48,927 nt of DNA, from the NCBI GenBank assembly GCA_900088475.1, contig FLMG01001811.1, positions 1-48,927 on the forward strand, read 5' to 3'. The notes beneath the pieces were generated by a model. It was given only the letters and a program-made list of their open reading frames with translations. It was not told the origin of the DNA and did no database searches. A program made the position numbers and the translations under genes. Below, in pieces: positions 1-11,595 of the stretch. How positions within the stretch are numbered: the stretch's first letter is position 1; every line of letters starts with the position of its first letter. The stretch comes from Hyphochytrium catenoides. Lineage: Eukaryota > Protista > Hyphochytriomycota.

Positions 1-822
1 TATTGACCGAAAGCGACATCTCAAATATTTGCGAGCGCGGTCAGAGCATTGCTTTGCACCGTTCTCTTTTTTCCTTTTCTCTTGGCTATGATCTCTCTCT
101 CTTTTGTCTCTCTCTCTCTTTGTTTCTCCCTCTATCGCCTCTTTCGCTTCCCCTTCTTCTGTCTCTCTCTTGCTCGGCTCTCGTTCTCTCCCTCTTTCTC
201 TCTTTCTTGTCTCTCCCTGTATCTTCATTTCTCTCACAAGAACCAATTTTATTTCCAAGAAGAAAGAAGGACGGAGATCTGCACTTCTGGCAAAATATTT
301 CTTAGGGATGACGAACCTTAGCCAGAGCCAAAGTCACCCATGAAATTCTCTTGAGCACTGCCGCTTCCCTGCTTTAAAGGTTCTCTCTCTTTCGCTCTCT
401 CTTCCTCTCTCTTCTCTCATCGCACTCTCTTATGTATCTCTTCTATCCTCTGTGTCACCTTTTACTTCATAATAGTCTCTCTCTCTCTCTCTCTCTCTCT
501 CTTCCTCTCTCTCTTCTTCTCCTGTCCTTTCGCTCTAGCTCGCAGTCTTTCCCTCTCCCGTGTCGTTGTCAGATCTCTTATAGTACAGCAGAAGACACAA
601 TCTACTATCGCACTTTCGGAGCTTTCCTTTGGTATCTTCTTCTTCTTTCTCAACTATTCCTTTCTGCAGAAGACAATCTCTTCTCTTTTCTATGGTGATC
701 ACCCCTTCTTCATCGCCACCTATAGTTCATTCGTTGCTGGTGGTGGTGCTTCACGATGAGAGAGAGAGATCGAGATACTTTGAGCGGGGAAGAATTTCAG
801 GAAGGATTACGAGAAGGGAAAC

Positions 823-871
<49 letters not shown>

Positions 872-2461
872 CGAGAGAGAGGGAAAGAAGAGAGAGATTG
901 TTGATCTATTATATAATTTAAGGCTTTATAGAAAACGTCGCTCATTTCTTCTTCCTGAGCACCGCCCGCCGCCGTCCATTTGGGTCATGGCAATCGAAGA
1001 GAAAGAGAGATACGCACCATCTCAATCTCACCTCCTCTTGATTGAGAAAGAGACTGTTTGTCCAACAAGGGAAGAGGCGCGACATGGCACGACAGGAGAA
1101 AGATGGAGGGTGAGGGAGAGAAGAGAAGGAAGTTGAGCCGTGATATAATCAAGAGAGAGACTAAACAACCTCATCATGTGGCCGAGTAGAGGACATACTA
1201 CGGAGAACAATTGGAAGTGGGCGTGAGTGCGAACAAGTCAGAGCGATAAGCTCTCAGAGAAGAGAGAGCGTGGGAGACAGGCAGGAAAGAGAGGAAAGAA
1301 AAGAAGAGAAGAAGACATGCACAACGGCAACAAACAACAAAAGATGCAACACATTATAAAACCTTGCCCGCCGCGTCCTCCTGTTACTCGCCTATTCTCT
1401 CCTCCGCGCACAGTCGCAAGCCACGGGACCACGTAGATCCGTCCTAAATCCTGAGTGGGAGAGAAGAGCTGACACGCAGCCACCACTTCTTCTTCTTTCA
1501 GCTTTCATTGCTTCTCTCTTTCTTTCTATCCTCTTTTTCTTGTCCTCTACTACTCCGATCCTGGTGTTTCGAATCTCTCCATCTTACCTGCCTCTCTTTA
1601 TTCTTCTGAATTGAGAGGAAGAAGAGGTCCGTCACCCAGAAGAACAACCTCATCTTCTTGATCATCCACTCTGTCAGTACTTTTAACTCTTTTCTGTCTC
1701 TTTCTGGCGGGTGCTCTCGTCGTCTCGCTCTTCTTCTTCCGCCCGCCATGCGCTTCGCCGGCCATTGTCCTTCTCTTTATGTCGGTCTGACGCTTGCTTT
1801 ATCTAGCACCACCCGCTCTAGTCAACTAGACAGGTTGTTGGGGCTGTCACTTACTAACTCCTGCCCGTCCTTGCCCGGAGTCTCTCTTTCTTCTTCTCTA
1901 GTTTAGTTACTCGTCTAAAGAATAATATATAAAATAATAAGAGCTAAAAGGAAAGAGCATACGGAAGAACAAGAGCATCATCAAACGTACTCGTCCTGCA
2001 GCAGAAGAAAAAGAAGAAGACGATGATGGGCAAGAAGAAGCAATAAAATGCTAACGAAGGTTGGATCGGAGATCTCCTTCAAGAAACCTATTATTGCCTC
2101 CTCAAAAAGAAGGAGAAGAAAGGCACGTGGTAGTAGAAAGAGATGCATCTGATAAAGAGGAAGAAAAGATGAAAAGGAAGAAGGGCTGATGATGGAGACG
2201 ACGGACGAAGCAGAGGGATCAGCAACCACAAGGAGAAGCTTACAAGGAGGGCATTTGTCCTTATTATCTTCATTATGAAAAACTAGTACCGGAGAAGAAG
2301 AAAGCCAGCTTTGGTAAAGAGAAGAAAACGAGTTGATGGCGCACTCCTACGCTACTGCCGTCCTGACGGTAAGAATAATAAAGAAGAGCATCATCGTCAT
2401 CCGACAGGAAAGCCTATATTCTTCTTCTTCTTTCTGCCTTTGTTAATGTTCTTAGCGTGGT

Positions 2462-2956
2462 CTATTTGCAGTCCCAACGATTCGCATTTAGGTTGAGTAC
2501 GCAATAACGCGAGACATAGTTGCCGTTGGCGTCACGGTAGTATTCAGTGTAACCTCCTGTCGTCACGGTTCCCGGGGCCACCCCGCCTGTCCGTGGAGTG
2601 GGACGAGCTCCTGTGGTGACCACTCCCGGGGGCGAAGGAGTTGGTGCATTTAATCTTTGCCACCAATTTAGCGCTGGCGTTGGCGCTGGCGTTGGCCTTG
2701 TTGGCCTTGGCGTTGGACGGTGATGTGTGGCATATGTTGGCGCGGGAGTTGGATCACGCGCCTTCAAGCCCCTCGACTGCACATGTCGGAGTGATCCTTC
2801 AGGACGTTTATCATCAGTGTACGGCTCAGACAGGGGTTCCTCCACGCTCATCATCCCGACATGGCCTTCCTCCTCACTGTTTACACCATAGGAACCGAGG
2901 TTGATAAGGGCGATGGCGGCGACAGCTAAGGTCCAGAATCTCGTCATCGACACCAT
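2462..2956 (-). CDS. Small secreted protein: signal peptide, acidic pro-region with SLR..RGLK motif, PT-rich linker, C-terminal two-Cys module
   Basis: Intronless 164-aa ATG ORF free of microsatellite. Hydrophobic N-terminus (RFWTLAVAAIALINLG), PTPAPT repeats, C-terminus YCVLNLNANRWDCK. Confidence 0.8.
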   Translation of the reverse strand: MVSMTRFWTLAVAAIALINLGSYGVNSEEEGHVGMMSVEEPLSEPYTDDKRPEGSLRHVQSRGLKARDPTPAPTYATHHRPTPRPTRPTPAPTPALNWWQRLNAPTPSPPGVVTTGARPTPRTGGVAPGTVTTGGYTEYYRDANGNYVSRYCVLNLNANRWDCK

Positions 2957-4000
2957 TCTTCTAGCTGGATTGACCTTAGTGTTGACTTACGACAGAGCTT
3001 GGCGTGCTATTGTCTTCCGGTTTTCTTTGCTTTCGTAGTGGTGGTAGTGTTGAACTGTACTCCGCCTTTGCTTGTGGGTTGTTGTTGGTTGGTGTTGCGA
3101 CCTTCTGGGAAGTTTTGAGAATGAGAAGCTTGTAGAGTAGGAGAGGCAGCACGCTACTTGGTTGGGAGTGACATCGCTCCTCTCGTCTTCTTCTCTGGTG
3201 AGACTCCTACAGTCCCAGCGATTAGCCGAAGACCTGATGAACATCATGATGATAGGGTCGGGCGGCGAAAGTTGCTTCTACTACTGGCAGAGCTATGAAT
3301 CTCTTCTGAGGATTGACATCTGAGTTCCTTGAGTGACGTACGTGTTTATTGCTCTCTTCAAAACAGTCTTCTCAAGGATCAGTAGTACCTCCGATGACTA
3401 TCGAGTATTCGTCCTCAGCTCATCTTGTACTAAGGAATAGCTGACCGTACCACTGACGGGGAGGAACATTGTAGTTCTGGACTGCACCATAAGCGGCTCA
3501 GTACGAGCCCCGCCGCCGAGGTCATTCGCGACCCTGGTGGAGCCCCTTCTCTTCTCATAGAATTGTAAGGAGGGTTGAGGGATGATGAGGGACTGAATCG
3601 GCAGCGGAGCGCATCGTGAGGATACTGTATCATCTACCGTAGTACAAGAAAGAAGAAAAAAAGGTAAGAGACCATCGGGAGTGGAGTGGACAGAAGCATC
3701 AATTTGTACCACACTCTCTCTTCTGAGGCGGCAGTCAACTGCTGCGTTCTTCTCAGCGTCTTCTCGCTCCCTCTCGCCTCATACTTTTTTCCTAGATCGT
3801 CGCTCATTGTCTCTCTTACTCTCTCTTTCTCNNNNNNNNNNNNNNNNNNNNNNNNNNNNNNNNNNNNNNNNNNNNNNNNNNNNNNNNNNNNNNNNNNNNN
3901 NTCTCTCTCTCTCTCTCTTTCTTCTTGAGTGCCAATCTTACTTTTCTTCCTGGACCAACTTCCCTGGCGGTTGTTTGCCTTCCGTCTTCTTTCTTATGTC

Positions 4001-5673
4001 TCTCTTCTGGCCAAATACTTTCCTTAGCACTTTTCCCAACGAAGGGGAAAACTTTCATATGCTATGTATTCATGGAGCAGAGGACGAGGAGAAGAAGAGT
4101 GACTAATAATAGGGACGAACGACAAAGAGACGCTCTCTGATTTTGAGGGTTAGAAAAATGAGAGCGCACGCGAGAGAGAAGAAGAGACTGGGAGAGAGCA
4201 AGAGAGGGGTTACATAAGATGAGAGAAGATGGGAGTTAGTTAGAAACCAAAATGAGAGTGAGAGAGAGGGAGAGAGAAGAAGAGGCTGGGAGAGAGAAAG
4301 AGGGGTTACATAGAGATGAGAGGAAGAAAAGGGAGAAAAGAGAACAGGAAAGAGAAATCAACCCAGAAAAGCAACCTCTAAGCTTTCTACGTATATAAAA
4401 CCTAGACTAGTCTACTCGTAGTAGTGATGCCCGCAATGCCTGGTCAGCCTGCTGCTGGAACCTATCGAGAGAGAGGCGAAGACGAAGTTCGTCGCAAACA
4501 GCTAGTGCACTAGAACTACTGTACCTCTCATCTCCTTGGTTGTGGTGTCACCACAGGATGAGAGGGGCGAAGACAAAGCGCAGAGAAAGAAGAAGAGAAA
4601 GAAGACAGAGAGAGAGAGAGACATAGACATAGACAGAGTGACAGAGAGAGAGAGAGAGAGAGACAGAGAGAGAGAGNNNNNNNNNNNNNNNNNNNNNNNN
4701 NNNNNNNNNNNNNNNNNGAGAGAGAGAGAGAGAAAGAGAGAGAGAGGAACTGGGTAAAAGTCTCAAAAAGGATCGGTTGGCTTGTTGGCTTGTGTTGCGC
4801 TAAAAGAGTCGCCACAACGGAATAAAACAGTTGGACTGGAGACGTTCGAATTTATAATGACCTGAAAAGGAGATTCGTTGCATGAAGTGTGGGTTATCTG
4901 ATGACGCGGAACTCGTAGAAGTAGAACGACCCCGCGCGGCCAAGGTTTGCTAGGCTGCCCGGCCCGGTCTCTAAATAACAACCCCACCAAAGATGCGTTC
5001 AGATGTTGTCCTGGATGAGGTTCCTCTCTTCTGGCCAAATATTTGGCTTAGCACTCTCAATGAAGGGGAAACCTTTCATATGCTATGTATTCTCACGGAG
5101 CCGAGGGCGAGGAGAAGAAGAGTGATTAATAATAGGAACCAACGACAAAGAGACGCTCTCTGATTTTGAGGGTCAGAAAATGAGAGAGAGAGAGAGAGAG
5201 AGAAGAAGAGACTGGGAGAGAGCAAGAGAGGGGTTACATAAGATGAGAGAAGATGGGGGTTAGAAACCAAAACGAGAGCGAGAGATAGGGAGAGAGAAGA
5301 AGTGGCTGGGGGAGAGAAAGAGACGGGTTACATAGAGATGAGAGGAAGAAAAGGGAGAAAAGAGAACAGGAAAGAGAAATCAAGCCAGAAAAGCAACCCC
5401 TAAGCTTTCTAAGTCTGTAAAACCTAGATAAGTCTAGCAATGATGCCAGCAATGCCTGGTCAGGCGTGCTGCTAGAGCTTATCGAGAGGGGGGCGAAGTA
5501 AGCTTTCTACGTAGTATATAAAACCTAGACTAGTCTATAGATGCTCGCAATGCCTGGTCACAGCGTGCTGCTGGAACCTACCGAGAGAGGGGCGAAGACG
5601 AAGCGCAGAGCGAGAAAGAAGACAGAGAGAGAGAGAGAGACAGACAGAGACAGAGAGACAGAGACAATGAGGC

Positions 5674-5705
<32 letters not shown>

Positions 5706-5831
5706 NNNNNNNNNNNNNNNNNNNNNNNNNNNNNNNNNNNNNNNNNNNNNNNNNNNNNNTTTGTTGGCTTGTGTTGCGCTAAAAGAGTCGCCACACTGAA
5801 ATAAAACAGTAGGACTGGAGACGTTCGAATT
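4001..5831. repeat. Diverged ~0.8-kb tandem duplication (copies ~4001-4852 and ~5025-5831)
   Basis: Both copies start tctcttctggccaaata and end ggactggagacgttcgaatt, with collinear similarity between. The second copy has an internal ~98-bp duplication (5401-5498 / 5499-5597). Confidence 0.9.
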
Positions 5832-6720
5832 AGATGAGAAAACAGTCCCCCATCCGAGTTTAACGTTAGCTACGGAGGACGATAATAAGTAGGTTTATTA
5901 TAACTGAAATTGTTCAAGCGTGAATACTGTAGAACTAGTAGTTTCGGGAATCGAGGGTACCATATAAATAAGAGAGCCCAAGGCGGATAACAATAAGAGG
6001 AATACGAACCGATAATAAGAGGAATGAACCGAACAGAGATTACGTGGTGCAACAACATATGTACAGTAGAACTACTGTACACATAATAACAGTAGTCATG
6101 AATCGGACATCACCACATCATCAGCACATCACGACACGCTATAATTCTACATCGGAAACCAGCACATCAGCACATCAGGACACGGCAGAAAGAAGGATGG
6201 AAGTGTGCCTGTTGGCGCTGGCTGGTGGTGAGAAATATCCTAGAAGTCTAGGAAGGCGTGGATGTGCTGCCAGGGGCACACCGCCAATCGTCAGGTGCTG
6301 TCGAATAGACTTCTTCTTTCAGCATTACCGTCCACCAAGCTCTGGTGGCCAGCCCTGCCGAAGCCTATCGTTTGTTGCGAGCATAAACTACTCAAGAGTT
6401 CTTGTAAATCAAAGTACCAATAGCTTTACCCTTCGCCTAAAGATGCAAGAATTCCTGGCGCTTGTTTGACAGGATTATTGTTTATTATAGAAGTCGGTCG
6501 GCACTACACCAGGGGGCACAACATCTTCCTATCCGTAGAACTAAAGGTTACGCCCGTCCAATATACAGTAGAAGAAAGAACGAGGAACTAGTACGTACCG
6601 TAGTTAATAATAGCGTGACTTATCACTTATCACTCGACTATGTTAGGCCTTGCGTGACACGTCACCTCCGTCCGTCAACTCCTGCAGCAAACGTTCAGAA
6701 AGCTCGGTTGTTGGTGCGTC

Positions 6721-6914
6721 TCAGTTATAATGTGATACGTCGCGCCTTGTTACGGATTTCTGGACCTGGGTTCACACTCACAAAACGCAAGCACGCGATG
6801 CGTCTCGGGCTCAGCTATTATAGTGTGATACGTCGCTCGTTACATACTTCTGGACCTGGGTTCAAACTAAAAAGGACGCGACGGGTCTCGGTATGGTGAT
6901 ACGTCTCGCATTAC
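6721..6914. repeat. ~90-bp diverged tandem repeat, about 2.3 units
   Basis: Units start at 6721 and 6811 and share gtgatacgtcgc and ttctggacctgggttca. A partial third unit (gtgatacgtc) lies at ~6897. Confidence 0.85.
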
Positions 6915-7361
6915 TAATTCGCTCTCCTCCGACCCTGATAATAGAACTACGACACCAAAAAAAAACCAGAGACGCAAAGAGAACCGCCAACACAGTGATT
7001 AAAGAAAATGCAAATAGTGAAAATTTGGGCGCAGACACCACACAGGCAGACACACCACAGCAGACAGACAAACAGATTCTTCTTCTTGTTGTTGGGACCC
7101 GTCGCGCGCGACGACGGGATGGATGGCGCTGGGCGTAAGCGACTGACAACTAACGTGACAACGCTATGCTGCTTTGTTCTATCTGCTGTTGCCCCCCCGA
7201 TTGCCTTGCTTCTCGCTGCTTGTTTGGCTGCAAGTATTGCCTGCTGCTACGCTGTTGCATGCTGCTGCTGTGCTGCTGTTGTTGTTGTTGCTTGCCCTTT
7301 ATTTTCTCTATTTTAAAAAATATTCCTATATTCTGCTGAGAGATGTGGCCCCTTATTTTGA

Positions 7362-7571
7362 GAGATGTGGCCGCCCTTTATTATCAAGGAATTCGTAAAG
7401 AGTGTGTAATCGACTACTGTTTGAAGAAGAAGAAGAGAAGATGCAAATATGTGCTACGACGCAACAAGATTTTGCAGGAGATGTGGCATTTATTATCAAG
7501 AAATTAGTAAGGAGTGTATGATCGACTGTTGTTTAAAGAAGATGAAGAGATGCAAATATTAGGTACTACGA
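7362..7571. repeat. ~115-bp diverged direct duplication
   Basis: The pattern gagatgtggc..ttattatcaag..gagtgt..atcgact..gatgcaaatat occurs at ~7362 and ~7478. Confidence 0.85.
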
Positions 7572-8009
7572 AGGAACAAAACAGAATGAAGAAAGAGCAG
7601 CTAAAATAGGCCAAAAAGCAAAGAAGAGCACAGTAGCTAGGAGCTCACCCGGCCCCCAAGGGCTGGGCATTGACCGAAGGGAGCAACTGATGGGACCACC
7701 AAGGAGACGGCGGGGAGATCGTCCTTATTTCTATTAATGATGATACGTTTCTCTTTCTTCTTCGTTGCCGCGTCTCTCTACAATATTATTCTCTCTCTGC
7801 TGTGTCTCTCTCCTTCTCTGTCTCTGTATCATCCTTCTACCTCTTCTTTCTATCTTCTCACGCCTGTTTATCTGCAACAAACTAAACTATTCCTCTGGGG
7901 CACTCTTTGTCCCTCGCTTTCCTTTTGTCTATCTGTCTGGCTCTCAGCGTTCCTGTCTTTTACTATCCTCCTCTTCTGTCTCTCGCTCACTCTTCTCTCT
8001 CCTCTTCTT

Positions 8010-8059
<50 letters not shown>

Positions 8060-8538
8060 NNNNNNNNNNNNNNNNNNNNNNNNNNNNNNNNNNTGGCGAT
8101 CTCTACAACAACAATGATCCGCGACCTTCTTCTTTCAAGAGACCCTGGGGGAGATCTGGATACTAGGGTGGATGGGCCATGGGGTACCAGGTGGGTAGGA
8201 GGGGTAGTTCACCAACATGAACGGTCAATCCTTCTGTAAAATTTCCGAGAGAGGTTTCGTTCGCCAGCACATTAGTTTCGGGCAGTATTTTGGTTTCGGA
8301 TCGGGTTTGGGCCAGCAGATCAATTGGTACAGTCTGCTCTCTGACAGCTCGAAAGTAACAGATCTTTGATCGTGGTATTTGATAGGGGGGATACGTGGAC
8401 TACTTTCTACGTACCGAAATTAGGGTGCTGCTATGTGTACTGCCTCGTTGTCCTTCCTTCTTCCTCCCTCCTTCCTCCCATTCGTCCCGCTCTTTCTCAT
8501 CACAGTTCTCTCAGCTGTTCCCTCTCTCTCTCTCTCTC

Positions 8539-8573
<35 letters not shown>

Positions 8574-9423
8574 CTTTCTTTCCCCCTATCCTCACTCCTC
8601 ATTCGCTCTCTCTCTCTCTCACCCCTTCTCTCCTCTCTCTCCCATTCTCACTCTTTATTCTCACTCTCATCTCTTCACTCTACCGTTGGCCGTCTCTATT
8701 CAATGTCTGTCTCCCTTTCTCTCTCTCCCTCGTTTCTTCCTTCTCTTTCTTCCGTTGTCCCCTTAAAATCTCTCTCCTCATTTGCTCTCTCTCTCTCTCA
8801 CTAACTGCTCCATGTCTTCTCCCTGTTCTCCCTGTTCGCTAAGCGAAGGATAGACCAGAGGGAAACGACCAAGAGGTGGAGATTTACCAGGAACCTGACT
8901 TGGTAAATGTACAAAAGGAAGCGTTGACAAGCAGAGAGACAGAGAGAGAGACAGAGCGAGAGACAGAGAGAAAGGGAGAAGTGAAAGAGACAGCGTGAAG
9001 GAGGAGAGAGAGAGAGAGACAAACCCAGATGATAAAGAGATGAAGAGTTACTGAAACAACCCTTTCTCCTTCACTCTTTCTTACTGATGTCTCCCTCCCT
9101 CTCTTGACCCTTTTGTCTCAAGCTCAAAAGGCAGAAAACCAGTATCTTGAGTCTCTCCGTCTCCCAAGTGCTCGTCACAAGAGGAAAAGACAGACTGAGA
9201 GACACACGTAAGAGACAAGAAGAAGAGACATCAAAAAGCAGATCACAAGGCGAAGCTTTCTATGGACAGCGGCAGTCTCTCCATTGTCAGCTAACCGAAC
9301 ACGTGGAGACCCAGCAAGGAAACAACAGAGAGACAATACGAGAGAGAGAGAGCTAGGAAGCATCAGGATAAGGAGAAGATTCAGCAGGAGTTGGATTTCT
9401 CTTCTCTCTCAACAGTCTGCGTC

Positions 9424-10176
9424 ATGACTCAAGAAGCGAATACCGAGACAAGACCGTCTTCTCCGGTCATATCTCTTCCCTCTGTCAACGGGGAAAAGTC
9501 CATGTTCTCTCCTACACTCTCTCCCCCTCTAGAGTCTACGATCACCAGACGTCATAGCCAAGGAGAGAAAGGAGAACATGGAGAGAAGAGAGAGAGACAT
9601 CCTCATCCCCATCATAATGTCCACTCCAGCATACAGCCCCACGAAGTCTCTTGCAGCTATCGGACGAGGAAGCTCCTCGGGCCTCGGTGTTATAGCGATC
9701 GACTCTGTCTGACCAGTGGCTTGTTCTTTATCTCTGGAGTGATCTCATTCTTCGTTGGACAAGATATCTCTGGCGTCCTTCAATGCTGTGCATCCATAGC
9801 CTCGACCGCTTTCCACAGAAGCAGAGAGACAACCTACCTTCCGATCGATGCAACCTTCTCCTCTCTCCTCATGTGCATCGCCATCTGGACGGCATGGAGA
9901 GCTCTCTTTCTCTTTCCTTTGATAGGGTATTTCCTTATCTTTGATGGTCTTCTCTGTGGATTTCTCATGGTCTATTGCGATCTTCCGGGGCATCCGCGCT
10001 ATGACTACTGGCACGAAGTCTGGCATTATTCTTCAGCCATCGGAACCGGCGTGACCTCAATCTTTCTCTCTTATTACTTCCCGGACTTTGACCGGATTCT
10101 GTTGGAGCAGATAGCCGAGGTGTTAGCTATCGAGATGGAATGGGATATGGCGGGGTGGCTTAGTATGATCCTCTAA
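9424..10176 (+). CDS. CREST-superfamily (ceramidase/PAQR/Per1/SID-1/TMEM8-like) multi-pass membrane protein
   Basis: 250-aa ORF from ATG 9424 with about five hydrophobic segments. Carries the CREST signature SxxxH (STAFH), a following Asp (LPID) and a C-terminal HxxxH-type motif (WHEVWH). Confidence 0.8.
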   Translation: MTQEANTETRPSSPVISLPSVNGEKSMFSPTLSPPLESTITRRHSQGEKGEHGEKRERHPHPHHNVHSSIQPHEVSCSYRTRKLLGPRCYSDRLCLTSGLFFISGVISFFVGQDISGVLQCCASIASTAFHRSRETTYLPIDATFSSLLMCIAIWTAWRALFLFPLIGYFLIFDGLLCGFLMVYCDLPGHPRYDYWHEVWHYSSAIGTGVTSIFLSYYFPDFDRILLEQIAEVLAIEMEWDMAGWLSMIL

Positions 10177-11213
10177 CGGAGAGAGAAAGAGAGAGGGAGA
10201 GAGAGAAAGAGAGATCTATGCTGTTTCTTTTTTCCTCTCTCTCCCTTGTTCTATCCTCTTCTATTATCCGCTTTTGCCCCTCAGAGGACGTTCCTCGTCT
10301 GTTGTTTCTATAGCAGTATTCTCCTAGCCTCAGTGCTGCACAGGATGGTGCTGATGGACCTGTGCTGATGAGAGAGGGAGATCTGTAGGACTTTAGAACC
10401 TAGTACTTTATCGCAGCGTTATAGTTTGCTTACCTTCAACAAGATCTGGGAAGAGAAAAGTGGTACGGCAGACTGTGTTACTGCCTCTCTAAATGACAAT
10501 ACAATCTGCACGCGCGCTCTACTTTATCAATGCCTTATCGTCTTTTCCCTCTCTCTCTCTCTTTGAGGGTCTCTTCTTGCTCGTAGCTCCTTTCAAGGCA
10601 GTAGGGATGAGCTCTCTTTTGGCAGACTATAGGTTATTATTGCCTTCGTCCATTGCAATCAACAGCAGATAGCTAGTCAGCAGATCGCCAGTGATTGATC
10701 CAAGAGTCAGTGGTGCCATGAAGAGGTCCAGGCACCACAGTACAGAGATGAAGAAGAAGAGAGGAAAGTGATTGAAGATAGCAACTAAGAGTGCGAAAGA
10801 AAAAAAGAGAAGAAAAGACTATAATAAAAGTGAGACATATGAAGATGACACAAGAAATTTGAACTCGTGATGCTAAAAACAGCGAGAGCAATGAAGAGGT
10901 AAAGAGTCGATCACGCTCTTAGAGAATAAGACACAAGCGGAAAGCCTGTACAACGTATGTGAGAGAAATAGTCGTCTAGGAGAAATCAACTTAGAAGACC
11001 ACGCGAGAGACAATCAGAGGAATGCAGAAAAGAGAAAGAAGTCAAAGCTGCGCTCTTCTTTTTTGAGACTATGTTCCCCGTTTCCATGTAGATTCTCTTC
11101 TCATGATAAGGTCTGAACATACCTTTTCAATCGTGTTACGCGTCCATTACTTGGTATATATATCTTACAAGCGTGCTATGGTACAATACCTTACAGTGCT
11201 CTCTTCATTGTCA

Positions 11214-11318
11214 AGAGCGTCGTGAATAAAGGAGCTGCTGTCCAAGCAGAGAATGCAATAGTATAGAGCGTCATGATCCAAGGAGCTGCCGTCCAAGCAG
11301 AGAATGCAGTAGTATAGA
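11214..11318. repeat. 51-bp tandem duplication
   Basis: agagcgtc..aaggagctgc.gtccaagcagagaatgca..agtat starts at 11214 and 11265. Confidence 0.9.
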
Positions 11319-11595
11319 CAGAGAAAGAGCGAGAACTGTGTTGCAAAAGGGCAATGGGCCCGATGCACAAAAGGAGGAACGGGGACAAGGCACCCCACAG
11401 ATTAAAGAACCAAATAATAAACAAGCGCTGACCCGACCGCTGGACGATATTGACAGAACTCAAAGAGACTGTACAAGAGCGGTGAGGGTTAAAGAGACAA
11501 AGGAGAGAAAACGGTGAGAAGTGGGGAGCAATAACAGTAGAAGCGACAGCTCTGTGGCCATAATCAGGTGTGTGCCTCAGTGGCCGCTTCTTCGT

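Noticed and set aside
230-1250. Weak similarity to 40190-40900
   Set aside because: Only short scattered matches in low-complexity sequence; cannot be supported without an alignment.
6721-7571. CRISPR-like repeat-spacer array
   Set aside because: Eukaryotic context, only 2-3 diverged units, and the intervening sequences are themselves homologous.
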